In this document: in pieces, positions 49,135 to 58,863 of the stretch | Position numbering within the stretch: position 1 is the stretch's first letter | Layout of the letters: every line of letters starts with the position of its first letter | NCBI GenBank assembly: GCA_035620695.1 | Contig: DASPGI010000199.1 | Coordinates: 979-64,978, forward strand | Origin: Alphaproteobacteria bacterium | Lineage (GTDB): Bacteria > Pseudomonadota > Alphaproteobacteria > JAREAF01 | Reading direction: 5' to 3' | DNA length: 64,000 nucleotides | The notes under the pieces: model-generated | What the model saw: only the letters and a program-made list of their open reading frames with translations | Databases searched by the model: none | Told to the model about the DNA's origin: nothing | Position numbers and translations under genes: made by a program

Positions 49135-50055
49135 TTGCCCTCGATGATCGCCGCCAATCTCGGCCTCCTCCTCACCATGCTGATATGGGGTGCCTTCATC
49201 CCGGCGCTGAACCTGGCCTTCGACCGATGGGATCCCTGGTCGCTGGCTGCAATCCGCTATTGGATCGCGTTGCCTCTGCTGGCGCTGCTCATGCGGCTTG
49301 GCAGATCGGGGCCTCTGTTCCCGGTCGGGATCAATTGGCGGCGAGTGGCGTTGGTGGGCGGCCTCGGCTTTGGCGGGTTCGGCGGTTTCTATACTCTCGG
49401 CGTCGCCCATACCAATCCGATCACCGCCGCAATCTTGAGTGCGGCAGGTCCGGTGATCGCGGCCGTGGTCGTTCATTTCGGCTATGGCGGGCGGCTCGCG
49501 CCCGGCACAAGGCCAGCCCTCGTGCTCGCCTTCGCGGGCGGCATGCTGGCAATGGTGAATTGGCGAGCCACAGGAAACCCGCTGGTGTTCCAGGGCGGCG
49601 AGATCCTGCTCCTGCTCGCCGCCCTCTGCTGGTGCTGGTATTCGGTCGAGGCGCAGCGCAGCCTCGCCGGCATGACGCAAATGCAGATTACCTTTCTCAC
49701 CATGATCCCGGCATCGATAGTGCTCACGCTCGCCTACCTGGCCGCAGGGTTCCTGGGCGTGGCGCATCTGCCGATGCCCCGTCCGAGCGGGACCGATCTC
49801 CTCATCTTCCTTTATATGGGCGGGGCGGTCGCGGCGGTAGGCGTGATGATGTGGAACTTCGGCGTCCAGCGGCTCGGCGTCGTTGTCGCGTCGATCTATC
49901 TAAACCTCATTCCAGTGGTTGCGGTTGCAATCTCGGTCGCTCTTGGAACGCCGCTGCGGATCGAGCAGCTTGTCGGCGGGATCCTGGTCTTAAGCGCCGT
50001 CGCGCTGAGCCAGCTTGCAAGCCTGGCCGAGTTGCGTCAGCGCGAGCCCGGCTAG
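49135..50055 (+). CDS. DMT superfamily (EamA-like) transporter
   Basis: Ten predicted TM helices; two-EamA-repeat character. Confidence 0.7.
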   Translation: MPSMIAANLGLLLTMLIWGAFIPALNLAFDRWDPWSLAAIRYWIALPLLALLMRLGRSGPLFPVGINWRRVALVGGLGFGGFGGFYTLGVAHTNPITAAILSAAGPVIAAVVVHFGYGGRLAPGTRPALVLAFAGGMLAMVNWRATGNPLVFQGGEILLLLAALCWCWYSVEAQRSLAGMTQMQITFLTMIPASIVLTLAYLAAGFLGVAHLPMPRPSGTDLLIFLYMGGAVAAVGVMMWNFGVQRLGVVVASIYLNLIPVVAVAISVALGTPLRIEQLVGGILVLSAVALSQLASLAELRQREPG

Positions 50056-50109
50056 CGCGGCTCGCGTGCCGGGGCGCCGACAAAGGCCGCCAGGCATCAT
50101 GGCCTGATG

Positions 50110-51735
50110 TCAAGTGCCTGCCTCGATGGCTCCGTAAAGAAACTCCTCCTGCGATGTCGCCAGCGGGGGTTCGAATACGATGCCGCCATCCTTTTGGACT
50201 TGGAGCCGCTGCATATAGTGCAGCGTCGCACCAGAGACGTCTGTGAGGGGGCTATAAAGATAGTAGGCCCCCGCAGGAAGGTCGACGAAGCGGAACCCGC
50301 CGCTTTCATCCGAGTGGGTCTTGCTTCTAAGCTCCTGCGCGCGCGCCTCGAGGATCGCCGATTCGATTGAGCTCTTCACGTTCCGTAGAGCCTCTTTCAA
50401 AGTTCCCTCCTCGGCGGAATTGGTTGGCGGAACGGCCTCGGTCTTGGCGCGAATCCGCTCGATCCGGGCAAGGATTTCGGCACGCTGCAGGGAGAGGCGG
50501 TCTTTCTCGGCTTCGGCTGTCTTTAGCCTGGAAGTCGCCTCCTTCGCCTTGGCTTGGCGCTCGACAGCATCGGCATCGAAATTCCCGCGTCGCACATCCT
50601 GCTGCGCCCGTGCTCGTTCCTCAGCGGCTGATTTGACCTGGGTGAGATTTGCCTCCGCAACCGCGCTCGCGCGTTCGGCCTGGGTAAGCGCCAGCGCCTC
50701 GAGAAAGCCAGGCGCTGCGGCGTGCAGTTCCGCCGCGAACAGATCGGCCGGCGAGGACTTTGGATAGGCCCACAAACGCATCCCGGAGCCGTAGGGACTG
50801 GCTCGTTCCAGCTGGTCGGCATCGGCGAACTCCGCATCGAGGATTCTCGCCGAAAGGCTGTCGATTCGCCCCGCCAGTGCCTGGTCCAGCGGAAGCACCA
50901 CACGCCAAGTGATGCGAGGCGGCAGTCCCAGAATCTTCTCGTCATATTCGTTGACGATCTCCGGGGTGAAGCTCAACGGCGTTGGCTCGGAGGCGAGCAC
51001 GGCACGCCCTGAGAGGTTGGCGATCGGCTGCCCGGCGCTTGAGAGTGATAGAACGATGCGCGTGACCGCCATCGGCCCCGCATTCTCCACCGCAAGCTCG
51101 ATTCCTCCGCCTTCGGCTTCCGCGAGCATGCGTGGAACAACCTGTAGCTGGGCCTGGACCTGCTCGCGGCGACGCTCGAGGAAGAAGGATTGCATCCGGA
51201 GTTTCAGGGCCTCCCTGGCAGCCTCCTCCGTTGCCCGAGCCCCAGCCAAACGCTCGCCGGCCGCCAGGACCGCCGGATCAAGCTCCAGAGCAAGGACATC
51301 GGCAGGCTCCGCAGGAGGCGAGAGCGAGGCAGCCGGCACCAGCCTTTCCGATGCAGCCAACACCGCCTCGTCGGCTTTGGCCAGACGCTCTTCGATCGCG
51401 GCGAGCTCCATCTCGGCGGTCTTGAGCGCTGCCTGCCTGGCCTCGTCTGCCGCCGCCAGCGCCACGTCTTCGACCTGGCGCCGTGCCTCCACGGCGATCT
51501 GGGCCAGTCGAGCGCCGAAAGCGGGACCCAGCAATTCCACCGAGACGTTGGCAAACAAGGTCTGATCAATTCCTTGGACGGGCGCCAAGGAACCGGCGAC
51601 CGCAATCGCACGGTTTCCCAACTCGAAGATCGTGCGACTGGCCAACTCGGGATAAAAGCGCAGGAATATGAAGGCGCCACCCAGCAGCAGGCCATACGCC
51701 ACAAGCGCCGCCTTCAGCAGCGTAGCGATCGTCAT
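50110..51735 (-). CDS. Membrane-anchored coiled-coil protein with C-terminal carboxypeptidase-regulatory-like beta domain
   Basis: N-terminal TM helix (MTIATLLKAALVAYGLLLGGAFIF), long Ala/Glu/Arg-rich helical region, and C-terminal '…SGGFRFVDLPAGAYYLYSPL…'. Confidence 0.4.
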   Translation of the reverse strand: MTIATLLKAALVAYGLLLGGAFIFLRFYPELASRTIFELGNRAIAVAGSLAPVQGIDQTLFANVSVELLGPAFGARLAQIAVEARRQVEDVALAAADEARQAALKTAEMELAAIEERLAKADEAVLAASERLVPAASLSPPAEPADVLALELDPAVLAAGERLAGARATEEAAREALKLRMQSFFLERRREQVQAQLQVVPRMLAEAEGGGIELAVENAGPMAVTRIVLSLSSAGQPIANLSGRAVLASEPTPLSFTPEIVNEYDEKILGLPPRITWRVVLPLDQALAGRIDSLSARILDAEFADADQLERASPYGSGMRLWAYPKSSPADLFAAELHAAAPGFLEALALTQAERASAVAEANLTQVKSAAEERARAQQDVRRGNFDADAVERQAKAKEATSRLKTAEAEKDRLSLQRAEILARIERIRAKTEAVPPTNSAEEGTLKEALRNVKSSIESAILEARAQELRSKTHSDESGGFRFVDLPAGAYYLYSPLTDVSGATLHYMQRLQVQKDGGIVFEPPLATSQEEFLYGAIEAGT

Positions 51736-52100
51736 GGGCCGCGCATCTCCCGTTGGCGCAGACGCCGGGCCAAGAAGCGTCTCGCGGCACACTGGAGCCG
51801 ATTTCGGCCCGGCAAGATCCTTGCGCTCCCTCAGTATGCAAAAGGAGGCGAGATATTATCTTATCGGAGAGGCGCCTCGAAATACTTAAGTGTTTGCTAA
51901 AATCTCCCAGAAGCCGGCCCATTCTGGCGTTTGCTGAAAATTTAGCGCGATTCTTGGAACGACTTTTACTGGAGATGCCTAGAGTTGCGATCGAGGCCGA
52001 TAGGGCGCGGCCGACAGAATCGTTGAGAAACGGACATCGGGTCGTCCAATCATAGCGCGGCGCTGCTTACGGCAGGCATCGCGCCACACGGCGGAGGATC

Positions 52101-54179
52101 ATGCCCGATAGGCGCGAAATCGATGCGCTGATCGAGCGAGCCATTCGAAGCGGCGTCGAGGTCACGATCGTGACGATCGGCGGTCGCGCAACCATGGCTT
52201 CGGCCGAGCAGACGGGGGAAAAGGCAGCCCAGCCGGTCGGCCTGGTCGTCGATCCGATCATCCTGATCGATCCCGTCGAAGGCTTGGTGCTCGAGGCCAA
52301 CGCCGCCTTCCACGCCTGGTCGGCACTGCCGAGCGATCATCTTGCGCAGTCGCTGACGCGCTTGGATCCGCAAGGCCGCCTGATCGCGCTGGCGCGCCGC
52401 GCTATCGAGATTGGCGAGCCCGCCAGCGTCCAGCTTACCCTCCAAGGTGCCCGGGGCCGGGCATCGATGAACGCAGTCGCCGTACCAATCAGCGGGGAAG
52501 GTCGATCCCTGGCCCAGCTCGTGCTGCGTGAGGCGCCCTTCCTCGGAGCCGCTGAAAACGAGCTGCGTCGGGCATTGCTGCGGTTGACTGAGATCCTCGA
52601 CGCGCTGCCGACGCCGCTGCTGACGCTGGATCGCTCGGGGCGAATCCGCACCGCCAACCCGGCCGCCGAATCTCTGCTCCGCCGCCGTGCGGAGGGGCTC
52701 GAGATCGAGGCAATCGCCGCGCCTGTCTCCGCTCAGCGCTTGCGCGAGCTGGTCGCCGCTACGCCGTCGGTTGAGAGAGCGCAATCAGGCGAGATCGTAT
52801 TGACCGTGGATCAAGAGCCCGTTCCGGCCGAGATCACTATGGTCGCGGCCGGAGAAGGCGATGATCTGATTCTTATCGCGGTGCTGCGTGATCTGAGACC
52901 GGAACGCGAGGCCGACTTGGCGCGCGCGCAGCTTCTCGGCCGACAGCACCAGATGCAAAAACTCGAGGCGATCGGACGCCTGGCCGGCGGGATCGCCGCC
53001 GACGTAAACAACATCCTTGCCTCGATCCTTGGCTATGCCGATCTGGCGCTCGACGATCTGCCGCCCGGCACGAAGGGGCGCGATAGCGTCGAGCAGGTGC
53101 TGAAGGCGGGGCGGCGCGGGAAGGAGCTGGTCCGTCAGATTGTCGCGCTCGGTCGCGGCGAGCCCCGGCCGGAGCGACGCATTCGACTGGACGAGTTGTT
53201 GCGCACCACGATGGATGTGCTCCGCCCCATCGTGCCCGAGAAAATCACGCTCGAGCCCCGCGTCGCGGCTCCGACCGCCGCCGTGATGGGAGACGCCGCG
53301 GAACTGCACCAAGTCCTGTTGAATCTCTGCCGCAACGCTGTCCAGGCCATCGGCGACCGGGAAGGCCGGATCGAAGTCATTTTGGAGGCGGTCGAAATCT
53401 CCCCAGGCTTCGCCGAGCAGCCGATCGAGCCCGACGAGGACGCCGCCATCTTGGCCGCACGCGCCGAGGAGGCAGCTTCCGAAACGTCGGCGAGGCCCGC
53501 GCGCATCTTCGCAGGCAGGCTGAGCGCGGGGCCCTATGTGCGGATCACGGTCGGCGATACCGGCGAAGGCATGCCGGCTTCGGTGCTGAGCCGAATTTTC
53601 GAACCCTTCTTCACCACCCGCAAGGTCGGCGAGGCTTCGGGATTGGGCCTGGCCGTGGTACACGGAATCGTCACCGCCCAAGGCGGCGGTATCCTCGCCT
53701 CGAGCACGCCCGGTCACGGCACCCGCGTCGAGGTCTATTTCCCGCGAAGCCACCGTGCGACGGAGCTCCTTGCCCAGGAGATCGATCCCGATCATGCCGG
53801 AGCGCGGGTGTTGCTCACCGGTCCGGCGGCCGAGAAGCTGGCGCCTCTTCGTCGGGTTCTCGAGGCCGCGGGCTTGGCGGTGGAGAGTGTGGCGGGCGGC
53901 CGTGCCGCCTTGGAAGCCTTTCGGGCTGATGCCGGCCGCTGGCGCTTGGCGGTCCTTCTCGATGGGGGCGAAGATGTGGCGGCCGAGTCACTCCGTCTCG
54001 AAATTTTCCGGATCAGACCGGATCTTCCAATCATTCTTTGCTCAGAACTTGGAAAAACATTAACCTTAGATCGTCTGCGTGCCGTTGGAATGACAGAAAT
54101 TGTTTCGACGCCAGTGGACCCGGGGGAATTGGCTATCGCGGTCGAGCGTGCCCTGCGCAGTGGCGCCCGGCGGATCTGA
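52101..54179 (+). CDS. Hybrid-type histidine kinase (PAS-like segments, HisKA-like, HATPase_c, degenerate C-terminal receiver-like region)
   Basis: H-box-like 'KLEAIGRLAGGIAADVNNIL'. HATPase_c 'LLNLCRNAVQA…GDTGEGMP…GLGLAVVHGIV'. Confidence 0.6.
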   Translation: MPDRREIDALIERAIRSGVEVTIVTIGGRATMASAEQTGEKAAQPVGLVVDPIILIDPVEGLVLEANAAFHAWSALPSDHLAQSLTRLDPQGRLIALARRAIEIGEPASVQLTLQGARGRASMNAVAVPISGEGRSLAQLVLREAPFLGAAENELRRALLRLTEILDALPTPLLTLDRSGRIRTANPAAESLLRRRAEGLEIEAIAAPVSAQRLRELVAATPSVERAQSGEIVLTVDQEPVPAEITMVAAGEGDDLILIAVLRDLRPEREADLARAQLLGRQHQMQKLEAIGRLAGGIAADVNNILASILGYADLALDDLPPGTKGRDSVEQVLKAGRRGKELVRQIVALGRGEPRPERRIRLDELLRTTMDVLRPIVPEKITLEPRVAAPTAAVMGDAAELHQVLLNLCRNAVQAIGDREGRIEVILEAVEISPGFAEQPIEPDEDAAILAARAEEAASETSARPARIFAGRLSAGPYVRITVGDTGEGMPASVLSRIFEPFFTTRKVGEASGLGLAVVHGIVTAQGGGILASSTPGHGTRVEVYFPRSHRATELLAQEIDPDHAGARVLLTGPAAEKLAPLRRVLEAAGLAVESVAGGRAALEAFRADAGRWRLAVLLDGGEDVAAESLRLEIFRIRPDLPIILCSELGKTLTLDRLRAVGMTEIVSTPVDPGELAIAVERALRSGARRI

Positions 54180-54192
54180 GGGGGAAGTTGCC

Positions 54193-54576
54193 ATGGCGGT
54201 GGTGCTGGTCATCGAAGATGACGATCATCTGCGTCGCCTTCTGCGCGCGGTTCTGGAACGGGCCGGCCATACGGTCGAGGATGCCCCGAACGGCGCTGTG
54301 GGCCTGAAGACATTCAGTTCCCGCCCGGCCGATATCGTCGTGACCGACATAATCATGCCTGAGAAGGAAGGGCTGGAGACCATCATCGAGCTGAAGCGCG
54401 ACTATCCGAAGGTCAAGATCATCGCAATTTCCGGCGGTGGCGCCCGGCTCGACGCCCAATATCTTCCCTCGGCCAAGGCGCTTGGCGCCGATATGACGAT
54501 CGAGAAGCCGTTCGAGCCGCGCGAGGTGATCGAGGCGGTCGGGGGCCTTCTGCAGGAACAAGCGGCGCACCCGTAG
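54193..54576 (+). CDS. Single-domain response regulator (CheY-like receiver)
   Basis: 'VLVIEDDDHLRRLL…IVVTDIIMPEKEGLE…KIIAISG' contains the receiver Asp and Lys positions. Confidence 0.8.
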   Translation: MAVVLVIEDDDHLRRLLRAVLERAGHTVEDAPNGAVGLKTFSSRPADIVVTDIIMPEKEGLETIIELKRDYPKVKIIAISGGGARLDAQYLPSAKALGADMTIEKPFEPREVIEAVGGLLQEQAAHP

Positions 54577-54628
54577 CGCCGAGCAGCCGAACCTTCGTAA
54601 TGTTCCGGGCGGAGAATGTCCGGATTCC

Positions 54629-55975
54629 ATGCGCCTCTGGTCACGCCTCGTGCTGCTCACTTCCCTTTGCGCCTGCGCGGCGGCGCCGGATCGGCGTTTC
54701 GAAGTCTGCGAAGCTCTTCTTCCGGCGTTTCTTGCCGAGGGAGAGCATGCCGAAATCCTCGACCGGAGGCCCGCACCCGAGGATCCCGGGCGCGTCATAA
54801 TCGCGTTCATGCGCGAAACGCCCGCCCCAGACGGCCGCGGCATTCTCGCCTGCACCTTCGCAGACGATGGGCGTGGCGGACGGTTGGCTCTCATTGCCGT
54901 GGAGGAAAGCGCCACCGGCCCTCTGTCGGCGGTGAAGCTTCAGCTGCTCCGTCGAGAGCTTGGCCACGAGCTTGGACTGGATCTGAGCCGGCCCCCGGCC
55001 TTCGACATGCCGCCGCGGGTCGGGGCGCCGGGTGGACCGCGCGCCCTACCCTATCTGGTGCAGCAGCTCATCAACACCCTGATCCTTGGCGCGATCTATG
55101 GGCTGACGGCCGTCGGTTACACACTGGTCTACGGCGTCATCGGCGTGATCAATTTCGCCTACGGCGAAATCTACATGCTGGGCGCTTTCGCCGCCTTGAG
55201 CCTCTTCGCCGTGGTCGGAGCCGTGGGCGGAAGCTGGCTTCCGGCCGCCCTTCTGGCCGCGCTTGGCACCGCGGTATTGGTCTCGGCTGGTCATGCCTGG
55301 GTCGCCGAGCGGCTGGTCTTCCGGCCGCTTGCTCATCAACCGAGCCGAGCACTTATCGCCGCGATCGCATTGTCGATCTCGCTGCAGGAATATATGCGCC
55401 TCGCCCAAGGCTCGCGTAGCCATTGGCTCTCGGCGATGAGCTTCGGCAGCATGAAGTTGATGGAGCGTGACGGGTTTGCCGTGCATGTCACCGGTCTGCA
55501 GACGACCATCGTCGCCCTGGCTTTTGTCATTAGCCTGGGCCTCGCCCTGCTCCTTAGCCGCAGCCGTTTCGGCCGCGAGCTGCGCGCGGTCGCACAGGAT
55601 TCACGCATGTCGGCCATGCTGGGTGTGGATGTGAACCGCACCGTTGCCACCACATTCGCGCTTGGCGGCGCCTTGGCGGGCGTGGCCGGGTTGATCGACG
55701 CCGTCTATTACGGCGGCGTCGGGTTCTTTATGGGCTACATCGTCGGCTTCAAGGCGCTGACGGCGGCGCTGCTTGGCGGGATCGGCTCGGTCGGCGGCGC
55801 GCTTCTAGGAGGTCTCCTGATCGGCGCGATCGAGACCTTCTGGGCCGCGTATCTGGATTCCAGCTACCGCGACGTGGCGGTTTTCGGAGTGCTCGTCCTG
55901 GTGCTGACCTTCCGTCCCTCCGGCCTTCTGGGAGTGGAGGAAAAGCCGATCGAACGCGCGCCGGCCGGCCGCTAG
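54629..55975 (+). CDS. Branched-chain amino-acid ABC permease (LivH-like) with an unusual ~150-aa N-terminal lipoprotein-like extension
   Basis: Residues ~150-448 are a typical LivH permease (…LINTLILGAIYGLTAVGYTLVYGVIGVINFAYGE…). The N-terminus has signal/lipobox-like 'LLTSLCACAAAP' and a soluble domain. Confidence 0.6.
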   Translation: MRLWSRLVLLTSLCACAAAPDRRFEVCEALLPAFLAEGEHAEILDRRPAPEDPGRVIIAFMRETPAPDGRGILACTFADDGRGGRLALIAVEESATGPLSAVKLQLLRRELGHELGLDLSRPPAFDMPPRVGAPGGPRALPYLVQQLINTLILGAIYGLTAVGYTLVYGVIGVINFAYGEIYMLGAFAALSLFAVVGAVGGSWLPAALLAALGTAVLVSAGHAWVAERLVFRPLAHQPSRALIAAIALSISLQEYMRLAQGSRSHWLSAMSFGSMKLMERDGFAVHVTGLQTTIVALAFVISLGLALLLSRSRFGRELRAVAQDSRMSAMLGVDVNRTVATTFALGGALAGVAGLIDAVYYGGVGFFMGYIVGFKALTAALLGGIGSVGGALLGGLLIGAIETFWAAYLDSSYRDVAVFGVLVLVLTFRPSGLLGVEEKPIERAPAGR

Positions 55976-57564
55976 CGACGCTGCTTCTTCCAATCCTTTA
56001 GGATCTCGCGCGCGGCATTGTAGCCCGGGACGCCCATGACCCCGCCGCCGGGATGCGTGGACGAGCCGCATTGATAGAGGCCCCGGATCGGGCTGCGATA
56101 ATCCGCATAGTGCGGCGCCGGCCGCATGAAGAAGAGCTGATCGGGCGCCAACTCGCCATGGAAGATGTGCCCGTTCGGCAGGCCGATCAATTCCTCCAGG
56201 TCGGGCGGCGTCAGTATCTGCGCATGGATGATCGAGTTCCGGAAATTCGGCGCGAATTCGGTCATGGTATCGACCACTGTCTTGAAAAAGTCGTCCTTCG
56301 ACTCGGCCCAACTCCTTTCCTTCAAGTGATAAGGCGCGTGCCCGCCGAAGAGATTGACCACATGCTTGCCCTTGGGCGCCAGCGTATCGTCGACGATGGT
56401 CGGCACCACCGGCGTGATGAAGGGCCGCTCGGACCAGCGGCCATATTTGGCGTCGTCATAGGCCTTCTCGAGATAGTCGATGCTATGGCCCAGATGCACA
56501 TAGCTCGGATAGGTATTGCCGAGCCGCTCGGGGTCGGCGCCCTTATAGGCGGGCGGCTCCTCGACCGCGAGATTGATCTTGAAGGCCGAGCTCAGCGTCC
56601 GGAAGGAGCGGATTTCCGCCAGGAACTCGGGCGGCAGCGCCGCCGCATCGACCAGATGCAGGAACGTGTGCTTGGCGTTCGCGTTCGAGACCACAAGTTT
56701 GGCCTCGACGATCTCGCCCGATTTCAAAGCGACGCCGGTGGCCGCTCCGTCCTTGACGAGGATGCGTTCGATCGGCGCGCTGGTGCGGATTTCAGCGCCC
56801 TTCTCACGCGCCGAGGCGGCAATCGCCTGGGTAATCATGCCCATGCCGCCGCGCACGAAGCCCCAGCCCCCGGCGCCCTCATGCTCGCCCATGATGTGGT
56901 GCAGCAGCACATAAGCCGTCCCGGGCGAGCGCGGTCCGGCGAATGTGCCGATCGAGGCGTAATAGGCGAGGACGCCCTTCAGCTCCGGCGATTCAAACCA
57001 ACGGTCGAGATAGTCGGCGACGCTCTGGGTCAGAAGATCGACGATCCTATACATCTTCCCGGCGGCGCGCCGGTACCTCCAGATCAGCGCAACCGTATCC
57101 TTCATGTCCTTCAAACGCCGCGAGGCGGGATCGGGCGGCGTCTCCCAGAGAAGCTGGCGCACGACCGCCGCCGATTCCTGGAGATAGCGATTGAAGACCG
57201 GGTAGATTTGCGCGTCCTTCTCGGAGAACCGCCGGATCTCGGCGCAGGTCTTGCGTTCATCGTCCCAGAACACGAAGGAATCGCCGTTCGGGAACGGCAC
57301 GAACAGACTGGAGGCCGGCAGCACCTTGAAGCCGTGCCGCTCGAGCTCCAACTCGCGGATGATCCGCGGCTGCAGCAGGCTCATCACATAGGAGGCGACC
57401 GACCAGCGGAAACCGGGAAACACTTCCTCGGTAACCGCCGCCCCTCCGATGATGTGCCGCCGTTCGAGCACGCACACCTTGAGGCCGCCGCGCGCGAGAT
57501 AGGCCGCGCAGGTTAGGCCGTTATGGCCCCCGCCGACAATGACGGCGTCATACCGATCGGCCAA
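55972..57564 (-). CDS. FAD/NAD(P)-binding oxidoreductase (phytoene-desaturase/CrtI-like amine-oxidase fold)
   Basis: 'YDAVIVGGGHNGLTCAAYLARGG' Rossmann motif, 530 aa. Confidence 0.7.
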   Translation of the reverse strand: MADRYDAVIVGGGHNGLTCAAYLARGGLKVCVLERRHIIGGAAVTEEVFPGFRWSVASYVMSLLQPRIIRELELERHGFKVLPASSLFVPFPNGDSFVFWDDERKTCAEIRRFSEKDAQIYPVFNRYLQESAAVVRQLLWETPPDPASRRLKDMKDTVALIWRYRRAAGKMYRIVDLLTQSVADYLDRWFESPELKGVLAYYASIGTFAGPRSPGTAYVLLHHIMGEHEGAGGWGFVRGGMGMITQAIAASAREKGAEIRTSAPIERILVKDGAATGVALKSGEIVEAKLVVSNANAKHTFLHLVDAAALPPEFLAEIRSFRTLSSAFKINLAVEEPPAYKGADPERLGNTYPSYVHLGHSIDYLEKAYDDAKYGRWSERPFITPVVPTIVDDTLAPKGKHVVNLFGGHAPYHLKERSWAESKDDFFKTVVDTMTEFAPNFRNSIIHAQILTPPDLEELIGLPNGHIFHGELAPDQLFFMRPAPHYADYRSPIRGLYQCGSSTHPGGGVMGVPGYNAAREILKDWKKQRR

Positions 57565-57590
57565 TCGTCGAACCTCCCTTCATTCCATCT

Positions 57591-58745
57591 TCAGCCGGCA
57601 GGCAAGGCCGCACGCACCAGCTCGACCCAGTAGCGCACACCGGTGGGCAGGATCGCATCGTTGAAGTCGTAACCGGGATTGTGAACCATGCAGCCACCCT
57701 CGGGCCCATCACCGTTGCCGATGAACATGAAGCAGCCCGGGCGGGCCTGGAGCATGAAGGAAAAATCCTCCGCACCCATCAGCGGCGGCATGTCGGAGAA
57801 AACCGAGCCCGCCACCTTCGCCGCCACCGCGCAGGCGAACTTGGTCTCCTCGGCAGAATTCACGGTGGAAGGATAACCCCGACGGTAATCGATCTCGGCG
57901 ACCGATCCGAACGCCTCCGCCGTGTGGCTGGCGATGCGGTTGATGTCGGCGATGATCCGGTCCTGCACCTCGGGCCTGAAGGTGCGCACGCTGCCCGACA
58001 GCTTGACGCGGTCCGGAATGACGTTGCCGACCTCTCCGCCATGGAACATGGTGATCGACACCACCGCATTGTCGAGCGGGTCGATCTTGCGTGAGACGAT
58101 GCTCTGAAGCGCGGTCACCAGATGCGCGCCGGCAAGAATCGGATCGTAGGCGCGGTGTGGAAAGCCTGCATGGCCACCGGTGCCGCGCAGCAGAATGTCG
58201 AGCTCGTCCGAAGCCGCCATTACCGGCCCCGACCGGGTAGCGAAGTGCCCGGCCGGCATTCCCGGCATGTTGTGCAAGCCGTAGACACCGTCGACGGGAA
58301 ACTTCCCGAACAGGCCCTCCTCGACCATTCGCTTGCCTCCCCCACCCCCCTCCTCGGCCGGTTGGAAGATGAAGTGGATGGTTCCCTCGAAGCCACCCTC
58401 GGCGGCCAGGACCCGCGCGGCGCCAAGAAGCATCGTCACATGCCCGTCATGGCCGCAAGCATGCATCTTGCCAGGGTTGATCGATCGGTGCGCGAACTGG
58501 TTCAGCTCCTGCATCGGCAACGCGTCCATGTCGGCCCTGAGCCCGATCGCGCGCCCGACCGAACCACGTTTCAGGGTCCCTACCACGCCCGTTTCCGCCA
58601 AGCCGCGACTTACCTCGATTCCGAAGGATTGGAGCCGGTTCGCCACAAGCTCGGCGGTGCGCTGCTCCTGATAGGCGGTTTCCGGATGCTTATGGATGTC
58701 GCGCCGCCAGGCCGTCAGCTCACGATGGAATGTCTCCTCCAACAT
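57591..58745 (-). CDS. M20 family amidohydrolase (hippurate hydrolase/N-acyl-amino-acid amidohydrolase-like)
   Basis: '…MHACGHDGHVTMLLGAA…' and '…GHAGFPH…' are typical of the M20D subfamily. Confidence 0.75.
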   Translation of the reverse strand: MLEETFHRELTAWRRDIHKHPETAYQEQRTAELVANRLQSFGIEVSRGLAETGVVGTLKRGSVGRAIGLRADMDALPMQELNQFAHRSINPGKMHACGHDGHVTMLLGAARVLAAEGGFEGTIHFIFQPAEEGGGGGKRMVEEGLFGKFPVDGVYGLHNMPGMPAGHFATRSGPVMAASDELDILLRGTGGHAGFPHRAYDPILAGAHLVTALQSIVSRKIDPLDNAVVSITMFHGGEVGNVIPDRVKLSGSVRTFRPEVQDRIIADINRIASHTAEAFGSVAEIDYRRGYPSTVNSAEETKFACAVAAKVAGSVFSDMPPLMGAEDFSFMLQARPGCFMFIGNGDGPEGGCMVHNPGYDFNDAILPTGVRYWVELVRAALPAG

Positions 58746-58863
58746 GCCTTCTCCCCGATAGTCCATTCTCCTCCGCGAGCCTAGCACCGGGGCAGGCAGG
58801 ATGGGAATCTGCGCTCAACTGGGCTATACCCGCTCGGCAGCCCTTTTCCGTTCAAGGCAGATC

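Noticed and set aside
52785-53795. 336-aa minus-strand ORF antisense to the hybrid kinase
   Set aside because: The kinase HATPase motifs are on the plus strand. The antisense ORF is an artefact.
56053-57516. 487-aa plus-strand ORF antisense to the CrtI-like oxidoreductase
   Set aside because: The Rossmann-motif gene on the minus strand explains the region. The antisense ORF is low complexity.
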